DNA from: an uncultured Verrucomicrobiae bacterium
GTDB lineage: Bacteria; Verrucomicrobiota; Verrucomicrobiia; Opitutales; JABDGR01
DNA length: 64,000 nucleotides
Assembly (NCBI GenBank): GCA_963765205.1
Contig: CAVXVB010000005.1
Span: forward strand, 544,001 to 608,000
Direction: 5' to 3'
Shown here: positions 1 through 13,886 of the stretch, in pieces
Position numbering within the stretch: position 1 is the first letter of the stretch
Layout: each line of letters opens with the position of its first letter
Program-made: the position numbers and the translations under genes
The notes under the pieces: generated by a model
Database searches by the model: none
What the model was told of the DNA's origin: nothing
What the model saw: the letters and a program-made list of their open reading frames with translations, nothing else

Positions 1-359
1 ACCCCTTTGCCGCGCTTTCCCGCGTGATGCATGAGCCCAACCGGCTCGCGCTGGTCTCGGCTTTGGCCGCGGCGGTGGACGGCTTGTCCTTCGGCGAACT
101 CAAGGAAGCCTGCGATTTGACGGACGGCAATCTCAACCGACACCTCAAAGCCCTCGAGGACGACGGCATCATCGCCCAGCGCAAGGAGACTGTCCGCGGC
201 GGCCGCCCGCACACGACCGTCACGCTCACCCCGGCTGGGCGTCGGCGCTTTGTGAAGTATCTCGAAACACTCGAAGAAGTCCTCGCGCAAGCAGCGGCGG
301 CGGTGGGCACACCCGCACCGGGCCTCACGCTGCCAATGGCCCGCCCGAGTCGAGCATGA
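1..359 (+). CDS. Winged-helix transcriptional regulator (ArsR/MarR-like, HTH_34 type), probably 5'-truncated by the window edge
   Basis: Motifs HEPNRLAL..L, SFGELKEACDLTDGNLNRHLKALE, RPHTTVTLTPAGR; the frame is open back to position 3 (PFAALSRVMHEP). Confidence 0.85.
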   Translation, partial: PFAALSRVMHEPNRLALVSALAAAVDGLSFGELKEACDLTDGNLNRHLKALEDDGIIAQRKETVRGGRPHTTVTLTPAGRRRFVKYLETLEEVLAQAAAAVGTPAPGLTLPMARPSRA

Positions 360-384
360 ATTTAACCGCCCCTGCGTTTACCCC

Positions 385-1131
385 ATGGACCCCATTGATG
401 ACATTTTAATTCCCCCCGCGTCACGCAAGCCGGACACCCGGCGCTTGCGCGCGCGACACATTTTACGCATCCTGGCGTTTATCATTGTCGTGGCGGCGCT
501 GCTCTACGCAGGCAAGCTGTTGAAGTTTAATGCCAACGACACGCTGGCGCACCGGCGGGCCGACCTGCTCGGCGTGGCGCCGCTGTTTTTCTTTGGCGTG
601 GTTTTGTGGTGGTATGCCGGGCGCAAGGTGGAGGAACTGGATCAACCCTTGTTTCGGGGGACCGCCGAAGACCCGGCTGACGTGCGGCTGGGTGTTCGCA
701 GCCAATTTTTGGCGGGCCTCAGTGTTATTGCCGTGTTCACGGGTTTGTGTTCGGTGCTATTTGGCGGAATCCTCGCGTGGCGGCCCGAAGCCCTCAAGCC
801 CGTGCTCCCGGCCTTGACGCAAAACCCTTTGCTGGGGCGGCCCTTTCTGGCCATCGGCGCGCTGTTGATCATCCTGGGGATGGGGGCGCTGGCCCTGGCG
901 CGCAATGGATTTTGGGTGGTGTTGAGTCTGCTGGCGGGTTTTATCGGCATGCTGGCGGTGGCACTCGGCGCGGCGCTGGCGTGGCATCGTGATGTCTTGT
1001 TGCCGGCCTTTCCATTTTTGCTGCACCTGCAGCTCGCCCCGCGCCCGATTTTGGGCATCGGCATACTGTTGGAGGTTCTGGCCCTCATTGCGCTAGGGCT
1101 GGCGCTGCGGCGCAAAACCCCGCGCACCTGA
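385..1131 (+). CDS. Multi-pass membrane protein of unknown function
   Basis: 248 aa with about 6 hydrophobic segments, directly downstream of the regulator. Confidence 0.7.
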   Translation: MDPIDDILIPPASRKPDTRRLRARHILRILAFIIVVAALLYAGKLLKFNANDTLAHRRADLLGVAPLFFFGVVLWWYAGRKVEELDQPLFRGTAEDPADVRLGVRSQFLAGLSVIAVFTGLCSVLFGGILAWRPEALKPVLPALTQNPLLGRPFLAIGALLIILGMGALALARNGFWVVLSLLAGFIGMLAVALGAALAWHRDVLLPAFPFLLHLQLAPRPILGIGILLEVLALIALGLALRRKTPRT

Positions 1132-1149
1132 CCGGCCGGCGCGGCGGTT

Positions 1150-1866
1150 CTATTTCGCGGTTCCGTTGCCGGCCGTGGTCGGCGCTTCGGGCAGCTTCAG
1201 CTTGTCGAGCTTGGGGGCGATGATGATCCGGCAATAGCCGGCATCGGAATTGTTGTTGAAATATTCCTGGTGGTAATCCTCGGCCTTGTAAAAGGGGCCG
1301 GCCTTCGTGATTTCGGTGACAATCGGGTCCTTGAAGTTCTTTTGCGCGGCGGCCTTGGATCTCTCGGCAGCGGCCTTCTGGGCGTCGTTGAAATAAAATA
1401 TCACGGAACGATAGGAGGTGCCGGTGTCGGCGCCTTGGCGGTTGAGGGTCGTCGGGTCGTGCATGTGCCAAAACCACTCAAGCAGTTGCGCATAGGAAAT
1501 GACTTTGGGGTCGAACTTCACCTGCGTCACCTCGGCGTGGCCGGTCGTCTCTGTGCAGACTTGGTCATAGGTCGGGTTGGCGACGGTGCCGCCCATATAG
1601 CCGCAGGTGGCCTCCCAGACGCCGTCGAGGCGTTCGAAGACGGCCTGCGAGCACCAAAAGCAACCCGTGCCGAAAACCGCCGTTTCAAGGTCGGCGGGCG
1701 GCGGCCCCTTTTTCTGCGGCGCGGGCATGGGCGGCGTGCTGGTGGACGAAGTGGCGGCGGGCATGGCGGTCGAGGGATTATAGATGTAAACGAAAGCAAA
1801 CATGCCGGCGACCACGAGGGCAGCCAGCCAACCCAGCAGGGAGCGAAATCCAGGAATGAGTGCCAT
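1150..1866 (-). CDS. msrA: Peptide-methionine (S)-S-oxide reductase with N-terminal signal/TM segment
   Basis: GCFWC, GYMGG, TGHAEV, HDPTTLNRQG, AEDYHQEY motifs. Confidence 0.95.
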   Translation of the reverse strand: MALIPGFRSLLGWLAALVVAGMFAFVYIYNPSTAMPAATSSTSTPPMPAPQKKGPPPADLETAVFGTGCFWCSQAVFERLDGVWEATCGYMGGTVANPTYDQVCTETTGHAEVTQVKFDPKVISYAQLLEWFWHMHDPTTLNRQGADTGTSYRSVIFYFNDAQKAAAERSKAAAQKNFKDPIVTEITKAGPFYKAEDYHQEYFNNNSDAGYCRIIIAPKLDKLKLPEAPTTAGNGTAK

Positions 1867-1973
1867 AATGTTTGCCAGAACAGCCTAAATCACCTAAGGT
1901 TCCCCGCGCAATGCTCAAAAGCCAAGGAAATTGATGACGGCGTGCGCCGCCGGATGGGCTTGCAACCAACCAC

Positions 1974-3986
1974 GTGGAACAGTCCTTTCAGGAAAATGAA
2001 GACTGGCTGCGCTCCGCCATGGAGCACTCCTCCATCGGCATGGCCCTGGTTGCTCCGGACGGGCGCTGGCTCAAGGTCAACCGCGCCCTTTGCCGCATCG
2101 TGGGCTACCACGAGGTGGAACTGCTCGCCACGGATTTTCAGTCCATCACCCATCCGGACGACCTGGCGGCGGACTTGGCGCTGGTGCGGCGACTCTTGGG
2201 CGGGGAAATCGCCAGTTATGACCTGGAAAAACGCTATTTTCGCAAGGACGGCCACCTCGTTTGGATTCACCTCACTGTCTCGCTGGTGCGCGACCGGCAG
2301 GGCGAACCACTCCACTTTATTTCGCAGATTCAGGACATCACCGAACGCAAACTCAACGAGGAGAAAATCCGCCAAAGTGAAGCCATGATGGCCGCCGCCG
2401 AGCACCTCGCGCATTTCGGCAGTTGGGAGCTGGACCTCGCGAACCCGGAGCTAAATGGCAACCCGCTGCGTTGGTCAGACGAATGTCACCGCATCTTTGG
2501 CTTCGAACCGGGTCGCGTGACGGTGACCAACGAATTGTTCTTCAGTCGCGTGCCCCGCGACGACCACGAAGCCATCCAGCAGGCCGTGGCCCGGGCCATT
2601 GCGGAGCGCGGGGTTTATTCGGTTGAGCATCGCGTGTTGCTGCCCGGCGGCGAAGTGCGCCACGTTCACGAACAGGCCCAAGTGGTGGTGGACGAGGCCA
2701 CCGGCCAGCCGCGGAAAATGATTGGCACTGTGCATGACATTACGGAACGCCGCCAGGCCATGGCGGCCATGGTCAAGGCCAAAGAGGAGGCCGAAGCCGC
2801 CGCCCGCACAAAATCCGAATTTCTGGCCATGATCAGCCATGAGATCCGCACGCCGCTCAACCCTATCCTCGGCGCGGCGCAATTGCTCCTCGACCAGCAA
2901 AGCTCCCCGGAACAACGCGAGCTGTTGCAGATCATCCAGAACGCCGGCGAGCATTTGCTTACGCTATTGAGCGATATTCTCGATTTGGCCAAACTGGAAT
3001 CCGGCGGCGCCAGCCTGTCAGTCTCCCCGTGCCTGGTGGGCGAATTGGTGCAAGGCGTGCTGGACATCAAGAGCGAGGACGCCCGCCGCAAGGGCCTCGC
3101 GCTGGCCATGCAACTGGATTCGCACCTGGCCTTCTGCTATTTGCTGGACGAGCCGCGCCTGCGCCAAATTCTCCTCAATTTCATCGGCAACGCCGTCAAA
3201 TTCACCAACGAAGGCGGTATCACGGTGCGCGTCGAGCGCTTCGAGACCGGCCACCAGCGCGACTTGTTGCGCTTCAGCGTGCGCGACACCGGCATCGGCC
3301 TGAGCACTGAACACTCCGCCCGCATCTTCGAGCCATTTTACCAGGTGGACAGTTCTGCCACCCGCCGCTACGAAGGCGCGGGCCTGGGCCTCTCCATTTG
3401 CCGCCGCCTGGTGGAAATGATGGGGGGCGAGATTGGCGTGGAAAGCCGCCTCGGTGAGGGCGCGACTTTCTGGTTTAGCGCGTGGCTGGAACGCCGGCGC
3501 TCCCTGGTCGGCAGCGGCACGCCTTGGCCAATGCCGCTGGCCAGCGCGCGCCGCCGCAGTATTTTGCTCGCCGATGCCAACGAACAAGCCCGCCTCATCC
3601 TCACTACGATGCTCGAACATGCCGGCTGCGAAATTGCGTCGGCGGAAACGGGCGCGGGCGCGCTGGCATTGTTCCGGCCCGGGGTGTTTGATTTGGTGTT
3701 GTTGGACCTGCGGCTGCCCGACCTCGACGGCTGTGCAACCGCCACCCTCATCCGTGAGTGCGAACGCGCCGCTGGCGGGCCGCTGGCGCCCATTATCATT
3801 CAAGCGGAGGTAGCGGATTGCCCGGACCTGAGCACTCTGGAAAAAGCCAGACTGGACGATGTGCTGGTCAAACCCGTTCGCCAGGTGAATTTACTCAATC
3901 TGTTGAATCGCCACGCGCCTTTGCCCGCGGCCGCCCACAAGCCTAAACGGGAAGCGCCGCCCGCTGGCGTTTCCGGTCCAGGCTGA
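1974..3986 (+). CDS. PAS-PAS hybrid sensor histidine kinase with receiver domain
   Basis: Two PAS/PAC domains, H-box SHEIRTPLN, NAVKFT, DTGIG, GAGLGL, C-terminal REC (LLDLRLP...KP). Confidence 0.92.
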   Translation: MEQSFQENEDWLRSAMEHSSIGMALVAPDGRWLKVNRALCRIVGYHEVELLATDFQSITHPDDLAADLALVRRLLGGEIASYDLEKRYFRKDGHLVWIHLTVSLVRDRQGEPLHFISQIQDITERKLNEEKIRQSEAMMAAAEHLAHFGSWELDLANPELNGNPLRWSDECHRIFGFEPGRVTVTNELFFSRVPRDDHEAIQQAVARAIAERGVYSVEHRVLLPGGEVRHVHEQAQVVVDEATGQPRKMIGTVHDITERRQAMAAMVKAKEEAEAAARTKSEFLAMISHEIRTPLNPILGAAQLLLDQQSSPEQRELLQIIQNAGEHLLTLLSDILDLAKLESGGASLSVSPCLVGELVQGVLDIKSEDARRKGLALAMQLDSHLAFCYLLDEPRLRQILLNFIGNAVKFTNEGGITVRVERFETGHQRDLLRFSVRDTGIGLSTEHSARIFEPFYQVDSSATRRYEGAGLGLSICRRLVEMMGGEIGVESRLGEGATFWFSAWLERRRSLVGSGTPWPMPLASARRRSILLADANEQARLILTTMLEHAGCEIASAETGAGALALFRPGVFDLVLLDLRLPDLDGCATATLIRECERAAGGPLAPIIIQAEVADCPDLSTLEKARLDDVLVKPVRQVNLLNLLNRHAPLPAAAHKPKREAPPAGVSGPG

Positions 3987-4008
3987 AGCCGCATCCGGCA
4001 GTTTACCC

Positions 4009-4332
4009 ATGACCCCACCCCCGCTCGACCTCCAGCTCATTGGCCGCGAAGTCGCCCTGCGCTGGCCCGATGGCGCGGAGGATTTTCTGCCGGCGGAGTT
4101 TTTGCGCGCCCGCTCGCCCAGCGCCGAAAACATCGGCGAACGCGACATCTTTGGCCAGCAATACGGCGGCGATGGCCCCAAGAACTTTGCCAACGTCGAA
4201 GTGCAAAGCTGGCAGCCGGTCGGCAATTACGGCGCCGCCTTCACTTTCAGCGACGGCCACAAAACCGGCATCTACACCTGGAAATACCTCCGCGCCCTCG
4301 GCGAGGAATGGCGCGGCGGGAGCAAGGCCTGA
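4009..4332 (+). CDS. DUF971 / gamma-butyrobetaine hydroxylase N-terminal-like protein
   Basis: LRARSPSAE, VGNYG...FSDGHKTGIYTWKYLR motifs. Confidence 0.88.
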   Translation: MTPPPLDLQLIGREVALRWPDGAEDFLPAEFLRARSPSAENIGERDIFGQQYGGDGPKNFANVEVQSWQPVGNYGAAFTFSDGHKTGIYTWKYLRALGEEWRGGSKA

Positions 4333-4350
4333 GGTGCCGGATTGCTCATT

Positions 4351-4602
4351 TTATTTCCGATGCCGACCATCGGTGAAATGTGCGCCCACGGCGATGATCA
4401 GCACGCCCGCCAGTAAAACTCCGCCGCAGGCCAGCAGCTTCATCTGCGCGCCCATTTTATCCGTGGTCAGGACCCCATACATCGCGCCCGCGGTGGCCGC
4501 CAGGGCGAGGATGCAGAGCACCCGTGAAAGCGTGGTGAACGGTGGCTTGGGTGGGGGCGCATCGCCCGGGTTGGGCGCGTTGGGTGGGGGAGGTGGCATC
4601 AT
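4351..4602 (-). CDS. Small two-TM membrane protein
   Basis: Pro-rich N-terminus followed by two hydrophobic helices. Confidence 0.55.
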   Translation of the reverse strand: MMPPPPPNAPNPGDAPPPKPPFTTLSRVLCILALAATAGAMYGVLTTDKMGAQMKLLACGGVLLAGVLIIAVGAHFTDGRHRK

Positions 4603-4679
4603 GGAAAGGTTAGGCAGGCATTCAGTAAATGAGGAGATTTTTTTCCGGATTTTTTGCTAATGCGTGCGCTCCTTTTCAT

Positions 4680-5464
4680 TTAACGGTATGGGTAAGCGTA
4701 ATGGTAAGGATAATAGTAATGGTTATTCAGCAGAATATCCAAGGCCACCACGCCGGTGATGATGATCGCGCCGCCGACGACCTCCGCGGTGCCCCCGAGG
4801 ACTCTTTCCGCCCGGCCGCCGAAGGTGTCGCGGTAGGGCGGGGGAAACAGCGTGCGGCTGGCGACCGAGGCTTCGAGCGGCCCGTCTGCGGTGAGCCAAA
4901 TAAAATGTTCGTTGGGCATGGCGAAGCCGGATGGCCCCATTGGGGGGCGTTGGCGGGGCTGCCGTTGCCTGGGCTGGCCGCCGGAGCCGGAAAGGCGGGA
5001 GCATTGAACGAGGGAGGCAGCGCCTGCGTCACCATGCCGGCGGGCAGTGGTGGCTGCGACAGGGGCGGCAGCCAGGTTCCGGGCAGGGTGAAGGGGTCCA
5101 ACTCGACCCAAAACACTTCGTCCCCCAGCGTATTGCGGACATAGGTTCGGTGCATCACGACGCTTTCGGAAAAAGTTTCGCCATAGCCGGGGTGCGCCTT
5201 GATTTCGGCCAGCGCGGCGGACACATTGTGCCCGAGCACGTTTTGATCCACCAGATACAGGCGTTGTCCGGGCGGCTGCGGTTTTTGCTGGTTATACACG
5301 AGCGCGAGCTGGCCCACGACCGATTGGCTGATTTCCGTTAATTGCAAGGTGGCGTAGGGACGCGCCGCCGCGGGCGCGGAAGCGCAGCCCGCCGCGCAAC
5401 TGGCCGCGCCGAGGGCCAGCAGGCGGAGGAGAGTGTTTTTGCGCGGAGAGCCGGAATTTTTCAT
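4680..5464 (-). CDS. Putative lipoprotein, frameshifted near 4944
   Basis: Signal peptide with lipobox-like LGAASCAAGC. Adding one base to the G6 run at about 4942-4947 joins ORF 4727..5464 to the C-terminus of 4680..5111 (PANAPPMGPSGF...NNHYYYPYHYAYPYR). Confidence 0.6.
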
Positions 5465-5625
5465 GGGTTGCGCTTTCGATCATTCTTCATTCGTCTTGAA
5501 AGAAAAGCAGGAACCGGGTAGTGGTACAGTTAGCCCGCTGGCCGTGTTAGCTGCTGCTTAATAAGCAGAAAAGGCGCTTCGCAATTTGCGTTAGTTGCCA
5601 ATGGGTTTTGGCGGCGTCCGGTAAA

Positions 5626-6274
5626 TCATTGCGGAATAATCCGTCCGTTGGAATCGAATTCGAGGCGTGTGCCTTTGTCGTAGGTGTGGCCCTCTCGAAC
5701 CAGTTTCTCGCCAAGGATGCAGGCTTTGAGCCGGCCGTTCTCATACAATTGAATTGAGGCGAAGACGGTAGCCTGGCAGGGAATGTCTTGGATGACGGTG
5801 TCCTGGCGCAGAAAAAACTCTTTCAAAGCTCCGTCGGCGTAGAACGAGGTTTGGACACCTTCGGCTCCGCCGCCAAGCCAACCGCCGCCGCGGCACAAGT
5901 GGCCCTGAACTTCAGTGTCGTGTGGGAACGAGCACACCGTAACCACGCCGTCCTTGTTTTGTTCCACCCAGGTGTCTTGGGGAATTTTGAACCGCCCGGC
6001 GTCGATTTCCTGGAATGCGGTGAAACCGACTGGCACGCCGTTGGCTTGGAGGTGGGCCCCATCCCTGCTTGCAGGGGCGACCGCCGATCAGCGTGTCCCG
6101 CTTCAACTGGCCGATGACGAGACCGTTGTCCTCAATTCTCACCTTGCTAAAGGCTGCTCCCATTATGGTCACATCATGTTGCCAGGAGTAGTAGCTGCAG
6201 CACGCGAAGAGGAATGCCAGCATGAGAGTCAAAAGCACGCCGGCGCGAAACACTCTATTTGTTTTCATGTTCAT
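5626..6274 (-). CDS. Exported beta-hairpin repeat protein (MORN-variant/YwqK-like), frameshifted near 6058
   Basis: N-terminal TM segment; repeats such as FYADGALKEFFL and LYENGRLKACIL; removing one base at about 6056-6060 gives a continuous KQGWAHLQANGVPVGF. Confidence 0.6.
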
Positions 6275-6699
6275 AAATGTACCATAACCCCAAGGGCCAA
6301 TAATGGGCAAAAAACGGCAAAAGGGTTGATTCATGCCCATGCTCCCATCATTTTTTGGACCAACTTGGACAAGCTTTACATAAGTCATTGAAAATGAATG
6401 TCATAAACAAAAAGGCCCGCCGCTGCTTTAAAAATCGTGACATTAAATGCCTATTTATTTCGACATAAAATGCTGATTAATGAACATTAAATGTTCATCG
6501 TCTATTGAGCAATCCCTCTTGAATAAAGTGGCCCTTGAGGCTGAATGAGCCTTGCGAAAAAGTTTTTTCAGAAAGTGCTTGTGGAGTTGCTGAAGAAGCG
6601 TATTGTTATCGGTTTTCCCCAGTTGCAACCCCGCTTGCGGGGTTCGTGGCAGGGGGAAGGAAAGTGTTCTTTGGGGCGAAAGATTTCCGCGATAATCAC

Positions 6700-6728
6700 T
6701 TGACACGCGCGGGGTTTTACGGCCTAAT
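6700..6728 (+). promoter_or_regulatory. Candidate sigma70 promoter of the rrn operon
   Basis: TTGACA (6700-6705), 17 bp, CCTAAT; upstream of boxA and the 16S leader. Confidence 0.5.
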
Positions 6729-6810
6729 CAAACTCTTGCCCCCTTCAAAAGGGGCTGCACCGCATGGTCTGGCTGAGGCCGGGACTCCATGAAAACGGCG
6801 CCGAATTTCA

Positions 6811-6823
6811 GCGTTCTTTGAAA
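6811..6823 (+). promoter_or_regulatory. rrn boxA antitermination site; further copies near 8757 and 9221
   Basis: CGTTCTTTGA(A/C)A occurs three times: in the leader, after the 16S and before the 23S. Confidence 0.65.
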
Positions 6824-6996
6824 TTTTATTTGTGCGATTGAGCGGATTCTCGTTCAATTGATTTAAATAGCCCAGTGAACATGCGATGGCGAAGGGCATG
6901 TTCACTTGTAAAAGTAAACGTGACTAGAACTATCGCAGTGTTCACTAGGTTCTGTTAGTCCTGAATCACCAGATTTAGGACTTTCCGAAGAATTAT

Positions 6997-8552
<1,556 letters not shown>

Positions 8553-8917
8553 CTAAGGAGAAGTCCCGTTTCCTTGGGGAACGTTGAACCTCACTGGTTC
8601 AACCAAGCCCCGATGAACTGTAGGGACATACGGTCGAATTCCCCACGCTGCCGGCTCACGCCGGCAAGGTGGGGAACAACGAGATAATCTCTCAATCGCA
8701 CAAATTAAATTTCGGGAACGCACCCCCGCCGCGCGCGCAAGCGCCGCGCCGGGACTCGTTCTTTGAAAGTCTATTCCGAGTACGACCAGCGGCCTGGTCG
8801 GCGAATTAGGATTTAAGATTTATGATTTAGGAAGGTGGACGGTATTGGTGGGCGGTGTCATCCGCGCCGGCGCTGGCCACTTCTTAATTCTTAAATCATC
8901 CTTTTTAATTCCTTATC

Positions 8918-8993
8918 GGGGCCGTAGCTCAGCTGGAAGAGCATCTGCTTTGCAAGCAGGAGGTCGTCGGTTCGAGTCCGATCGGCTCCACCA
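8918..8993 (+). tRNA. tRNA-Ala(TGC)
   Basis: GGGGCCGTAGCTCAGCTGG...TTGCAA...GTTCGAGTCC...CTCCACCA, 76 nt. Confidence 0.98.
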
Positions 8994-9096
8994 CTGGAGA
9001 TTTATGAATTATGGTTTACGAAGGAGGATTTGGCGAGGGCGGGGCTTCCGCCCTGGTTTCATAAATCATAAATCCACTTTCATCAATCACCCACCC

Positions 9097-9173
9097 GGGC
9101 TCATAGCTCAGCTGGTTAGAGCACGCGCTTGATAAGCGCGGGGTCGGTGGTTCAAGTCCACCTGGGCCCACCA
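9097..9173 (+). tRNA. tRNA-Ile(GAT)
   Basis: GGGCTCATAGCTCAGCTGG...TTGATAA...GTTCAAGTCC...GCCCACCA, 77 nt. Confidence 0.98.
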
Positions 9174-9307
9174 TTTTTTGGATCAACTCTCGGAATACAC
9201 TTTTTAGACGAAAACACTTTTCGTTCTTTGACAGTTTAATGCATTGTGGGAAAGTCATTGAGTAATCTAGTAGATCAAACCTGACAATACGATTTAATAC
9301 GGCGTTG

Positions 9308-12237
<2,930 letters not shown>

Positions 12238-12506
12238 TACGCCAATTCTGTATGCTTTACATACAAACCAGAACGGCGTGGTTGGAATCATGTAACAGTG
12301 ATGTATAATCAACGTTCGTTTACTGTCAGGTCAGCTGCTGGGCCAATCGAAGGCCTTCCCCAATGCATTAAACGTCATCTTTCCATAATCAGCCGCTGCC
12401 CCCCGGACCCGTTGCAACAACGGGCCGGCCCATCGCAACGCGTTGACCGGCGCCCACGAGCGTCCAACTGATCGCCGACCATCCACCCGGCCGCGGCGGA
12501 ACACCC

Positions 12507-12620
12507 TCTGGTGATCATAGGTGAGGGGAAACACACGTTCCCATCCCGAACACGCTCGTTAAGCCCTCAACCGCCGATGGTAGTGCCACGCATGTGGCGC
12601 GAGAGTAGGTTGTTGCCAGT
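12507..12620 (+). rRNA. rrf: 5S rRNA
   Basis: CTGGTGATCATAG...CCCATCCCGAACAC...GTTAAG...GATGGTA...GAGAGTAGG...CCAG. Confidence 0.95.
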
Positions 12621-12625
12621 ATCAT

Positions 12626-12660
12626 GGCCCCGGCCGTCCGCAAGGACGCCGGGGCCTTTT
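12626..12660 (+). terminator. Rho-independent terminator of the rrn operon
   Basis: GGCCCCGGC(C)GTCC-GCAA-GGACGCCGGGGCC followed by TTTT. Confidence 0.85.
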
Positions 12661-12745
12661 GCTGCTTAGATCAAGCCTGGCGCCTTCTACAGAAAACGAA
12701 TTGCTAATTTACTACTAATTTTAAATAAATTAGTAATTGGCGACC

Positions 12746-13060
12746 ATGAACACCAAATTCCCCACCCGCCGCCTTCCCAATGTCCACCCCGGCGAAGTGT
12801 TGTTGGACGACTTCCTCAAGCCCCTCGGCCTGTCGCAGTATCGCCTGGCTGGCGACCTCGGCATCCCCGAAAGCCGCGTGAGCGAAATCGTGCGCGGCGC
12901 GCGCGGCGTCACCGCCGACACCGCCCTGCGCCTGGCCCGCTATTTCGGCACCAGCCACGAACTCTGGCTCAACCTCCAGGACCGCTACGACGTGGAGGAA
13001 ACCCAGCGCGCCAAGCACCACGAAATTGAAAAAATCCGCCCCTACGCCGCCGTCGCCTGA
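12746..13060 (+). CDS. higA: HigA-family addiction module antitoxin (XRE HTH)
   Basis: VHPGEVLLDDFLKPLGLSQYRLA...TADTALRLARYFGTS..LWLNLQ..YD. Confidence 0.92.
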   Translation: MNTKFPTRRLPNVHPGEVLLDDFLKPLGLSQYRLAGDLGIPESRVSEIVRGARGVTADTALRLARYFGTSHELWLNLQDRYDVEETQRAKHHEIEKIRPYAAVA

Positions 13061-13167
13061 ATTCATCCGTGCTACCTGCGGTCAATGGAGAAAATTGGCT
13101 TACACTGCTGATTGAGCGGCCACAAATTCAATTTGCCAAATCCCAAGCCATGTGGCATTGTCCCTGC

Positions 13168-13389
13168 ATGAGCACCGTGCAGGAAATCAAGTCAGCCATT
13201 GCCAAACTTTCCCTTGAGGAGCAGGCGGCCATCACCGCCGAACTCTGCGGCTGGACGGACGACGATTGGGACCGCCAGATGAAGGCCGATGCGACGGCGG
13301 GGAAGTTCGAAGCATTGAACGGTGAAGCAGATTCCGCCCAAGCCGCCGGCCGGACAGGCCCATTGTCCAACATTTTGCGCGAGCCGTGA
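13168..13389 (+). CDS. Putative antitoxin (MSTVQEI...WDRQM...AGK family)
   Basis: Typical small antitoxin pattern; its stop overlaps the toxin start (GTGA). Confidence 0.75.
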   Translation: MSTVQEIKSAIAKLSLEEQAAITAELCGWTDDDWDRQMKADATAGKFEALNGEADSAQAAGRTGPLSNILREP

Positions 13390-13748
13390 ATATTCCCAGC
13401 AGCGGCACGCCGGAATTTTGGCAAATCTATCACAGATTGCCCGCCAAGGCGAAAGAGTTGGCGCGGAAGAACTACTTACTCTGGTCTGCCAATGCCTTTC
13501 ACCCGTCCTTGCGTTTTAAGCCCATCGGCCAGTCAAACTGGTCTGCTCGTGTTGGTGACCATTCCTTCACCAATGCCGGGTGGGAGGAGATTGAGCAGCG
13601 GTGCCGCGAGCTAAAATGCGGACGCAGCCAGTATTTTCAGATGCTCGTCGAGGCGAACTTGATGGGTCGGCCGGAAATCCATGCCCACAAAGCTGATGGA
13701 AAATGGCATTTTTACCCGGAGAAGACCATCAAGACCCCGAAAAAGTAG
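13386..13748 (+). CDS. RelE/ParE-like toxin N-terminal part fused to an unrelated ribbon-helix-helix-like C-terminus
   Basis: TPEFWQIYHRLP...HPSLRFK...WSARVGDH, then an abrupt switch to SFTNAGWEEIEQRCRELKCGRSQYFQMLVE. Confidence 0.6.
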   Translation: MNIPSSGTPEFWQIYHRLPAKAKELARKNYLLWSANAFHPSLRFKPIGQSNWSARVGDHSFTNAGWEEIEQRCRELKCGRSQYFQMLVEANLMGRPEIHAHKADGKWHFYPEKTIKTPKK

Positions 13749-13780
13749 GCGTGGAAGGGACTTTTGCCTCAGCGTCTGAT

Positions 13781-13878
13781 GCGGCCTGAAGGGTCGCGGG
13801 AGCCAAGCCCAGGGTTGCGCCGCGCAACCCTGGGTAAACATGGAACCCCGGTCATTGCGGTCTGTAAGACCGCAGGAG
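13781..13878. repeat. REP-like palindromic element, left flank of tnpA
   Basis: Hairpins GCGGCCTGAAGGGTCGC, CCCAGGGTTGCG..CGCAACCCTGGG and GCGGTCTGTAAGACCGC. Confidence 0.8.
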
Positions 13879-13886
13879 CCGCCAAC

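Noticed and set aside
6883..6955. Hairpins upstream of the 16S as a riboswitch or sRNA
   Set aside because: Adequately explained as rRNA leader structure between boxA and the 16S
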